From the human T2T-CHM13v2.0 reference genome, Homo sapiens: 64,000 nucleotides of DNA. Made by a program: the position numbers and the translations under genes. The stretch lies in NCBI RefSeq assembly GCF_009914755.1, contig NC_060939.1; one strand, given 5' to 3'. Each line of letters starts with the position of its first letter. Position 1 is the stretch's first letter. The notes under the pieces are model-generated. The model saw only the letters and a list, made by a program, of their open reading frames with translations, made no database searches and had not been told where the DNA came from. Below, in pieces: positions 1-10,300 of the stretch.

Positions 1-420
1 ATTACATAGCAATCCATTACATTCGAGTCTATTCTCTTCCGTTCCATTCGATTTCGTTCCAATCCATTCGATTCCATTCCATTCGATTCCATTCCATACT
101 ATTGCATTCCATTCGATTACATTATATTCGAATAAGTTCCATTCAAGACCATTTCTTTTGAGTCCATTCTATTTGAGTCCATTCCCTTTGATTCCATAAC
201 ATTTGAGTCCATTCAATTCCATTCCTTTCGTTTCCATTCCATTTGATGCCATTCCATTCAATTCTGTTCTACTCGACTCCAATACATTCAATTCCATTCC
301 ATCCGATTCCATTACATTCTTTTCATTTCTTATCCATTTCAAGCCATTCCACTCCATTCCATTCCACTCGTTTCCTTTCCATTCGAGTCCATTCCTCTCC
401 AGTCCATTCCGTTCAATCCA

Positions 421-480
421 TTCCATTCCAGTCCATTCCATTCGAGTCCGTTCCATTCCAGTCCATTCCATTCGAGTCAA
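421..480 (+). repeat. 30-bp direct tandem duplication inside the unit (recurs in each unit)
   Basis: TTCCATTCCAGTCCATTCCATTCGAGTCCG (421-450) followed by TTCCATTCCAGTCCATTCCATTCGAGTCAA (451-480). Confidence 0.85.
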
Positions 481-822
481 TTCCATTCCATTCGATGTCT
501 TTCCATAACGATCCATTCCATTCTATTCCTTTCGATTCCATTCCATTCTATTTCATTCCATTCGATTCCCTTCCATTGGACTCCTTTCCATTCGAGTGCA
601 TTCCATTCCGTTCCATTTCTTTCCGTTCTGTACGATTCCTACCGTTCGATTTCATTTTCTTCCAGTCCATTCTTTCGCGTCCATTCCATTCCATTTCACT
701 CCATTCGATTCCATTCCACTCGATTCCACTTCGTTCCATTTCATTGCATTCCATTCTATTCAACTCTATTGCCTTCCATTCCATTCCATTCGATTACATT
801 CCATGCGATTCCATTCGAAATC

Positions 823-1030
823 GAATCAATTACATTGCAATCCATTACTATTGAGTCCGTTTTATTCCAGTCCACTGCATTCTGGTCCATTCCATTTGAT
901 TCCATTCCATTCTATTCCATTCCATACAGTTGCATTCCATTGGATTCCATGCTATATCTATAAATTCAATTCGAGACCATTGCTTTTGAGTCCATTCTAT
1001 ATGATTCCATTCCATTCAAGTCCATTACAT
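823..1030 (+). repeat. Internal sub-repeat copy 1 (homologous to 1798-2005)
   Basis: GAATCAATTACATTGCAATCCATTAC...CCATACAGTTGCATTCC...GAGACCATTGCTTTTGAGTCCATTCTAT; aligns without gaps to copy 2 at an offset of 975 bp. Confidence 0.85.
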
Positions 1031-1032
1031 TT

Positions 1033-1072
1033 GGTTAAATTCCATTCCATTCGGTTCAATTCCATTCCATTC
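1033..1072 (+). repeat. 20-bp tandem duplication diagnostic of type A units
   Basis: GGTTAAATTCCATTCCATTC (1033-1052) then GGTTCAATTCCATTCCATTC (1053-1072); single copy in type B units. Confidence 0.85.
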
Positions 1073-1273
1073 CATTCCCTTCCATTCCATTCCAGTTGAT
1101 ATCAATCCATTCGATTCCATTCCATTCGAGCACATTCCATTCGAGTCCATTCCATTCGATGCCATTCCATTTGATTCTATTCCATTAGTCTCCATTCAAT
1201 TCCATTAATCTCCATTCCATTCCATTCTACTCCAACTGATTCCATTCCATTCTATTCCTTTTTATTCCATTTC

Positions 1274-1303
1274 ATTCCATTCCATTCCATTCCATTCCAT
1301 TCC
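1274..1303 (+). repeat. Pure (ATTCC)n tract of variable length, one per unit
   Basis: Six perfect copies here before ATTCGTGTCC; 9 in U3, 8 in U10, 7 in U5, 5 in U13, 3 in U8. Accounts for most +/-5n unit-length variation. Confidence 0.85.
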
Positions 1304-1306
1304 ATT

Positions 1307-1373
1307 CGTGTCCATTCCACTCCAGTCCATTACATTCGTATCCATTCCATTCCAGTCCATTCCATTTGTGTCC
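1307..1373 (+). repeat. 30-bp repeat, two copies plus the start of a third (recurs in each unit)
   Basis: CGTGTCC..., CGTATCC..., TGTGTCC... at 30-bp spacing, the first two followed by CCAGTCC; visible in the ORF track as SIPLQSIPFV SIPFQSIPFV ST. Confidence 0.75.
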
Positions 1374-1577
1374 ACTGCATTCCATTCCACTCCATTCCAT
1401 ATTATTCCATTACACTCCATTCCATTCTATTACTTTCATTTCCATTCAATTCCATTCCATTTGATTCCACTCCACTCGGTTTCATTCCATTTGAGTCCAC
1501 TCCATTCCATTCCATTCCATTCAGTTCCATTCCATTCTGTTCCATTCCATTCCGTTCCATTACATTCCATTCCATTC

Positions 1578-1583
1578 GGTACC
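1578..1583. other. KpnI site GGTACC, one per 1.8-kb unit (lost in U3 and U10)
   Basis: CATTCGGTACCATTCC seen at 1578, 3381, 8761 etc.; replaced by GATACC at 5199 and TGTACC at 17748. Confidence 0.93.
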
Positions 1584-1797
1584 ATTCCATATTGTTCCAT
1601 TCGATTCCATTCGAATCCATTCCATTCCAGTCCATTCCATTCGATTCCATTCCATTCATTTCAATTCCATTCCATTCCATTCCATTACATTCCACTTGAT
1701 TCCTCTCCATTCCCTTCCACTGCATTCCGTTCGATTCCATTCCATTGCATTACATTCCATTCCATTGGATTGCATTCCATTCGATTCCATTCCATTC

Positions 1798-2005
1798 GAA
1801 TCAATTACATAGCAATCCATTACATTCGAGTCTATTCTCTTCCGTTCCATTCGATTTCGTTCCAATCCATTCGATTCCATTCCATTCGATTCCATTCCAT
1901 ACTATTGCATTCCATTCGATTACATTATATTCGAATAAGTTCCATTCAAGACCATTTCTTTTGAGTCCATTCTATTTGAGTCCATTCCCTTTGATTCCAT
2001 AACAT
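1798..2005 (+). repeat. Internal sub-repeat copy 2 (homologous to 823-1030)
   Basis: GAATCAATTACATAGCAATCCATTAC...CCATACTATTGCATTCC...AAGACCATTTCTTTTGAGTCCATTCTAT. Confidence 0.85.
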
Positions 2006-5000
2006 TTGAGTCCATTCAATTCCATTCCTTTCGTTTCCATTCCATTTGATGCCATTCCATTCAATTCTGTTCTACTCGACTCCAATACATTCAATTCCAT
2101 TCCATCCGATTCCATTACATTCTTTTCATTTCTTATCCATTTCAAGCCATTCCACTCCATTCCATTCCACTCGTTTCCTTTCCATTCGAGTCCATTCCTC
2201 TCCAGTCCATTCCGTTCAATCCATTCCATTCCAGTCCATTCCATTCGAGTCCGTTCCATTCCAGTCCATTCCATTCGAGTCAATTCCATTCCATTCGATG
2301 TCTTTCCATAACGATCCATTCCATTCTATTCCTTTCGATTCCATTCTATTCTATTTCATTCCATTCGATTCCCTTCCATTGGACTCCTTTCCATTCGAGT
2401 GCATTCCATTCCGTTCCATTTCTTTCCGTTCTGTACGATTCCTACCGTTCGATTTCATTTTGTTCCAGTCCATTCTTTCGCGTCCATTCCATTCCATTTC
2501 ACTCCATTCGATTCCATTCCACTCGATTCCACTTCGTTCCATTTCATTGCATTCCATTCTATTCAACTCTATTGCCTTCCATTCCATTCCATTCGATTAC
2601 ATTCCATGCGATTCCATTCGAAATCGAATCAATTACATTGCAATCCATTACTATTGAGTCCGTTTTATTCCAGTCCACTGCATTCTGGTCCATTCCATTT
2701 GATTCCATTCCATTCTATTCCATTCCATACAGTTGCATTCCATTGGATTCCATGCTATATCTATAAATTCAATTCGAGACCATTGCTTTTGAGTCCATTC
2801 TATATGATTCCATTCCATTCAAGTCCATTACATTTGGTTAAATTCCATTCCATTCGGTTCAATTCCATTCCATTCCATTCCCTTCCATTCCATTCCAGTT
2901 GATATCAATCCATTCGATTCCATTCCATTCGAGCACATTCCATTCGAGTCCATTCCATTCGATGCCATTCCATTTGATTCTATTCCATTAGTCTCCATTC
3001 AATTCCATTAATCTCCATTCCATTCCATTCTACTCCAACTGATTCCATTCCATTCTATTCCTTTTTATTCCATTTCATTCCATTCCATTCCATTCCATTC
3101 CATTCCATTCGTGTCCATTCCACTCCAGTCCATTCCATTCGTATCCATTCCATTCCAGTCCATTCCATTTGTGTCCACTGCATTCCATTCCACTCCATTC
3201 CATATTATTCCATTACACTCCATTCCATTCTATTACTTTCATTTCCATTCAATTCCATTCCATTTGATTCCATTCCACTCGGTTTCATTCCATTTGAGTC
3301 CACTCCATTCCATTCCATTCCATTCAGTTCCATTCCATTCTGTTCCATTCCATTCCGTTCCATTACATTCCATTCCATTCGGTACCATTCCATATTGTTC
3401 CATTCGATTCCATTCGAATCCATTCCATTCCAGTCCATTCCATTCGATTCCATTCCATTCATTTCAATTCCATTCCATTCCATTCCATTCCATTCCACTT
3501 GATTCCTCTCCATTCCCTTCCACTGCATTCCGTTCGATTCCATTCCATTGCATTGCATTCCATTCCATTGGATTGCATTCCATTCGATTCCATTCCATTC
3601 GAATCAATTACATAGCAATCCATTACATTCGAGTCTATTCTCTTCCGTTCCATTCGATTTCGTTCCAATCCATTCGATTCCATTCCATTCGATTCCATTC
3701 CATACTATTGCATTCCATTCGATTACATTATATTCGAATAAGTTCCATTCAAGACCATTTCTTTTGAGTCCATTCTATTTGAGTCCATTCCCTTTGATTC
3801 CATAACATTTGAGTCCATTCAATTCCATTCCTTTCGTTTCCATTCCATTTGATGCCATTCCATTCAATTCTGTTCTACTCGACTCCAATACATTCAATTC
3901 CATTCCATCCGATTCCATTACATTCTTTTCATTTCTTATCCATTTCAAGCCATTCCACTCCATTCCATTCCACTCGTTTCCTTTCCATTCGAGTCCATTC
4001 CTCTCCAGTCCATTCCGTTCAATCCATTCCATTCCAGTCCATTCCATTCGAGTCCGTTCCATTCCAGTCCATTCCATTCGAGTCAATTCCATTCCATTCG
4101 ATGTCTTTCCATAACGATCCATTCCATTCTATTCCTTTCGATTCCATTCCATTCTATTTCATTCCATTCGATTCCCTTCCATTGGACTCCTTTCCATTCG
4201 AGTGCATTCCATTCCGTTCCATTTCTTTCCGTTCTGTACGATTCCTACCGTTCGATTTCATTTTGTTCCAGTCCATTCTTTCGCGTCCATTCCATTCCAT
4301 TTCACTCCATTCGATTCCATTCCACTCGATTCCACTTCGTTCCATTTCATTGCATTCCATTCTATTCAACTCTATTGCCTTCCATTCCATTCCATTCGAT
4401 TACATTCCATGCGATTCCATTCGAAATCGAATCAATTACATTGCAATCCATTACTATTGAGTCCGTTTTATTCCAGTCCACTGCATTCTGGTCCATTCCA
4501 TTTGATTCCATTCCATTCTATTCCATTCCATACAGTTGCATTCCATTGGATTCCATGCTATATCTATAAATTCAATTCGAGACCATTGCTTTTGAGTCCA
4601 TTCTATATGATTCCATTCCATTCAAGTCCATTACATTTGGTTAAATTCCATTCCATTCGGTTCAACTCCATTCCATTCCATTCCCTTCCATTCCATTCCA
4701 GTTGATATCAATCCATTCGATTCCATTCCATTCGAGCACATTCCATTCGAGTCCATTCCATTCGATGCCATTCCATTTGATTCTATTCCATTAGTCTCCA
4801 TTCAATTCCATTAATCTCCATTCCATTCCATTCTACTCCAACTGATTCCATTCCATTCTATTCCTTTCCATTCCATTTCATTCCATTCCATTCCATTCCA
4901 TTCCATTCCATTCCATTCCATTCCATTCGTGTCCATTCCACTCCAGTCCATTCCATTCGTATCCATTCCATTCCAGTCCATTCCATTTGTGTCCACTGCA

Positions 5001-5626
5001 TTCCATTCCACTCCATTCTATATTATACCATTACACTCCATTCCATTCTATTACTTTCATTTCCATTCAATTCCATTCCATTTGATTCCATTCCACTCGG
5101 TTTCATTCCATTTGAGTCCACTCCATTCCATTCCATTCCATTCAGTTCCATTCCATTCTGTTCCATTCCATTCCGTTCCATTACATTCCATTCCATTCGA
5201 TACCATTCCATATTGTTCCATTCGATTCCATTCGAATCCATTCCATTCCAGTCCATTCCATTCGATTCCATTCCATTCATTTCAATTCCATTCCATTCCA
5301 TTCCATTCCATTCCACTTGATTCCTCTCCATTCCCTTCCACTGCATTCCGTTCGATTCCATTCCATTGCATTGCATTCCATTCCATTGGATTGCATTCCA
5401 TTCGATTCCTTTCCATTCGAATCAATTACATAGCAATCCATTACATTCGAGTCTATTCTATTCCGTTCCATTCGATTTCGTTCCAATCCATTGGATTCCA
5501 TTCCATTCGATTCCATTCCATACTATTGCATTCCATTCGATTACATTATATTCGAATAAGTTCCATTCAAGACCATTTCTTTTGAGTCCATTCTATTTGA
5601 GTCCATTCCCTTTGATTCCATAACAT

Positions 5627-7380
5627 TTGAGTCCATTCAATTCCATTCCTTTCGTTTCCATTCCATTTGATGCCATTCCATTCAATTCTGTTCTACTCGA
5701 CTCCAATACATTCAATTCCATTCCATCCGATTCCATTACATTCTTTTCATTTCTTATCCATTTCAAGCCATTCCACTCCATTCCATTCCACTCGTTTCCT
5801 TTCCATTCGAGTCCATTCCTCTCCAGTCCATTCCGTTCAATCCATTCCATTCCAGTCCATTCCATTCGAGTCCGTTCCATTCCAGTCCATTCCATTCGAG
5901 TCAATTCCATCCCATTCGATGTCTTTCCATAACGATCCATTCCATTCTATTCCTTTCGATTCCATTCCATTCTATTTCATTCCATTCGATTCCCTTCCAT
6001 TGGACTCCTTTCCATTCGAGTGCATTCCATTCCGTTCCATTTCTTTCCGTTCTGTACGATTCCTACCGTTCGATTTCATTTTGTTCCAGTCCATTCCTTT
6101 CGCGTCCATTCCATTCCATTTCACTCCATTCGATTCCATTCCACTCGATTCCACTTCGTTCCATTTCATTGCATTCCATTCTATTCAACTCTATTGTCTT
6201 CCATTCCATTCCATTCGATTACATTCCATGCGATTCCATTCGAAATCGAATCAATTACATTGCAATCCATTACTATTGAGTCCGTTTTATTCCAGTCCAC
6301 TGCATTCTGGTCCATTCCATTTGATTCCATTCCATTCTATTCCATTCCATACAGTTGCATTCCATTGGATTCCATTGTATATCTATAAATTCAATTCGAG
6401 ACCATTGCTTTTGAGTCCATTCTATATGATTCCATTCCATTCAAGTCCATTACATTTGGTTCAATTCCATTCCATTCCATTCCCTTCCATTCCATTCCAG
6501 TTGATATCAATCCATTCGATTCCATTCCATTCGAGCACATTCCATTCGAGTCCATTCCATTCGATGCCATTCCATTTGATTCTATTCCATTAGTCTCCAT
6601 TCAATTCCATTAATCTCCATTCCATTCCATTCTACTCCAACTGATTCCATTCCATTCTATTCCTTTCCATTCCATTTCATTCCATTCCATTCCATTCCAT
6701 TCCATTCGCTTCCATTCCATTCATGTCCATTGCATTCCAGTCCATTCCATTTGTGTCCACTGCATTCCATTCCACTCCATTCCATATTATTCCATTACAC
6801 TCCATTCCATTCTATTACTTTCATTTCCATTGAATTCCATTCCATTTGATTCCATTCCACTCGGTTTCATTCCATTTGAGTCCACTCCACTCCATTCCAT
6901 TCCATTCCATTCCATTCAGTTCCATTCCATTCTGTTCCATTCCATTCCGTTCCATTGCATTCCATTCCATTCGGTACCATTCCATATTGTTCCATTCGAT
7001 TCCATTCGAATCCATTCCATTCCAGTCCATTCCATTCGATTCCATTCCATTCCTTTCAATTCTATTCCATTCCATTCCATTCCACTTGATTCCACTCCAT
7101 TCCCTTCCACTGCATTCCATTGCATTGCATTCCATTCCATTGGACTGCATTCCATTCGATTCCATTCCATTCGAATCAATTACATAGCAATCCATTACAT
7201 TCGAGTCTATTCTATTCCGTTCCATTCGATTTCGTTCCAATCCATTCGATTCCATTCCATTCGATTCCATTCCATACTATTGCATTCCATTCGATTACAT
7301 TATATTCGAATAAGTTCCATTCAAGACCATTTCTTTTGAGTCCATTCTATTTGAGTCCATTCCCTTTGATTCCATAACAT
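5627..7380 (+). repeat. Type B variant unit U4 (1754 bp)
   Basis: Extra C (ATTCCTTTCGCG at 6093-6104), no 20-bp duplication, 15-bp shorter 3' segment lacking CCGTTCGATT, rearranged 30-bp repeat, GAATTC at 6832. Confidence 0.88.
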
Positions 7381-10300
7381 TTGAGTCCATTCAATTCCAT
7401 TCCTTTCGTTTCCATTCCATTTGATGCCATTCCATTCAATTCTGTTCTACTCGACTCCAATACATTCAATTCCATTCCATCCGATTCCATTACATTCTTT
7501 TCATTTCTTATCCATTTCAAGCCATTCCACTCCATTCCATTCCACTCGTTTCCTTTCCATTCGAGTCCATTCCTCTCCAGTCCATTCCGTTCAATCCATT
7601 CCATTCCAGTCCATTCCATTCGAGTCCGTTCCATTCCAGTCCATTCCATTCTAGTCAATTCCATCCCATTCGATGTCTTTCCATAACGATCCATTCCATT
7701 CTATTCCTTTCGATTCCATTCCATTCTATTTCATTCCATTCGATTCCCTTCCATTGGACTCCTTTCCATTCGAGTGCATTCCATTCCGTTCCATTTCTTT
7801 CCGTTCTGTACGATTCCTACCGTTCGATTTCATTTTCTTCCAGTCCATTCTTTCGCGTCCATTCCATTCCATTTCACTCCATTCGATTCCATTCCACTCG
7901 ATTCCACTTCGTTCCATTTCATTGCATTCCATTCTATTCAACTCTATTGCCTTCCATTCCATTCCATTCGATTACATTCCATGCGATTCCATTCGAAATC
8001 GAATCAATTACATTGCAATCCATTACTATTGAGTCCGTTTTATTCCAGTCCACTGCATTCTGGTCCATTCCATTTGATTCCATTCCATTCTATTCCATTC
8101 CATACAGTTGCATTCCATTGGATTCCATGCTATATCTATAAATTCAATTCGAGACCATTGCTTTTGAGTCCATTCTATATGATTCCATTCCATTCAAGTC
8201 CATTACATTTGGTTAAATTCCATTCCATTCGGTTCAATTCCATTCCATTCCATTCCCTTCCATTCCATTCCAGTTGATATCAATCCATTCGATTCCATTC
8301 CATTCGAGCACATTCCATTCGAGTCCATTCCATTCGATGCCATTCCATTTGATTCTATTCCATTAGTCTCCATTCAATTCCATTAATCTCCATTCCATTC
8401 CATTCTACTCCAACTGATTCCATTCCATTCTATTCCTTTCCATTCCATTTCATTCCATTCCATTCCATTCCATTCCATTCCATTCCATTCGTGTCCATTC
8501 CACTCCAGTCCATTCCATTCGTATCCATTCCATTCCAGTCCATTCCATTTGTGTCCACTGCATTCCATTCCACTCCATTCCATATTATTCCATTACACTC
8601 CATTCCATTCTATTACTTTCATTTCCATTCAATTCCATTCCATTTGATTCCATTCCACTCGGTTTCATTCCATTTGAGTCCACTCCATTCCATTCCATTC
8701 CATTCAGTTCCATTCCATTCTGTTCCATTCCATTCCGTTCCATTACATTCCATTCCATTCGGTACCATTCCATATTGTTCCATTCGATTCCATTCGAATC
8801 CATTCCATTCCAGTCCATTCCATTCGATTCCATTCCATTCATTTCAATTCCATTCCATTCCATTCCATTACATTCCACTTGATTCCTCTCCATTCCCTTC
8901 CACTGCATTCCGTTCGATTCCATTCCATTGCATTGCATTCCATTCCATTGGATTGCATTCCATTCGATTCCATTCCATTCGAATCAATTACATAGCAATC
9001 CATTACATTCGAGTCTATTCTCTTCCGTTCCATTCGATTTCGTTCCAATCCATTCGATTCCATTCCATTCGATTCCATTCCATACTATTACATTCCATTC
9101 GATTACATTATATTCGAATAAGTTCCATTCAAGACCATTTCTTTTGAGTCCATTCTATTTGAGTCCATTCCCTTTGATTCCATAACATTTGAGTCCATTC
9201 AATTCCATTCCTTTCGTTTCCATTCCATTTGATGCCATTCCATTCAATTCTGTTCTACTCGACTCCAATACATTCAATTCCATTCCATCCGATTCCATTA
9301 CATTCTTTTCATTTCTTATCCATTTCAAGCCATTCCACTCCATTCCATTCCACTCGTTTCCTTTCCATTCGAGTCCATTCCTCTCCAGTCCATTCCGTTC
9401 AATCCATTCCATTCCAGTCCATTCCATTCGAGTCCGTTCCATTCCAGTCCATTCCATTCGAGTCAATTCCATTCCATTCGATGTCTTTCCATAACGATCC
9501 ATTCCATTCTATTCCTTTCGATTCCATTCCATTCTATTTCATTCCATTCGATTCCCTTCCATTGGACTCCTTTCCATTCGAGTGCATTCCATTCCGTTCC
9601 ATTTCTTTCCGTTCTGTACGATTCCTACCGTTCGATTTCATTTTCTTCCAGTCCATTCTTTCGCGTCCATTCCATTCCATTTCACTCCATTCGATTCCAT
9701 TCCACTCGATTCCACTTCGTTCCATTTCATTGCATTCCATTCTATTCAACTCTATTGCCTTCCATTCCATTCCATTCGATTACATTCCATGCGATTCCAT
9801 TCGAAATCGAATCAATTACATTGCAATCCATTACTATTGAGTCCGTTTTATTCCAGTCCACTGCATTCTGGTCCATTCCATTTGATTCCATTCCATTCTA
9901 TTCCATTCCATACAGTTGCATTCCATTGGATTCCATGCTATATCTATAAATTCAATTCGAGACCATTGCTTTTGAGTCCATTCTATATGATTCCATTCCA
10001 TTCAAGTCCATTACATTTGGTTAAATTCCATTCCATTCGGTTCAATTCCATTCCATTCCATTCCCTTCCATTCCATTCCAGTTGATATCAATCCATTCGA
10101 TTCCATTCCATTCGAGCACATTCCATTCGAGTCCATTCCATTCGATGCCATTCCATTTGATTCTATTCCATTAGTCTCCATTCAATTCCATTAATCTCCA
10201 TTCCATTCCATTCTACTCCAACTGATTCCATTCCATTCTATTCCTTTTTATTCCATTTCATTCCATTCCATTCCATTCCATTCCATTCCATTCGTGTCCA

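Larger units (their letters stand above)
203..2005 (+). repeat. Representative 1803-bp higher-order unit (type A); about 35.5 tandem copies fill the window
   Basis: The same marker recurs at 203, 2006, 3809, 5627, 7381, 9189, 10992, 12805, 14579, 16363, 18176, 19945, 21753, 23551, 25349, 27152, 28955, 30758, 32561, 34364, 36167, 37970, 39759, 41562, 43365, 45168, 46971, 48779, 50582, 52385, 54188, 55991, 57799, 59602, 61400, 63208. Most spacings are 1803 or 1803 +/- multiples of 5. The unit start point is arbitrary. Confidence 0.97.

Noticed and set aside
811-830. Possible heat-shock element around TTCGAAATCGAATC and ATTCGAATAAGTTCC
   Set aside because: Spacing does not fit the alternating nGAAnnTTCnnGAAn pattern; HSF1 association with SatIII is known but I cannot place a canonical site here.
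951-970. TATA-like TATAAAT at 959-965, once per unit
   Set aside because: Imperfect match, faces the C-rich strand, and has no other supporting promoter evidence; the homologous position in the other half-unit differs.
1096-1105. 10-bp palindromes TTGATATCAA (EcoRV core) and TATTCGAATA (125-134)
   Set aside because: Too short for stable cruciforms and reachable by a few substitutions; repetition reflects unit copying, not independent conservation.
1204-1216. TAATCTCCATT as a DUX4-like site
   Set aside because: Only the TAATCT half matches; the AATCA half is missing.
5667-6593. 308-aa ORF (also 12845, 14619, 18216, 38010) as a possible intact gene frameshifted in other copies
   Set aside because: It is only the by-product of the 1-bp and 20-bp indels of type B units joining two repeat-derived frames; no domain-like content.
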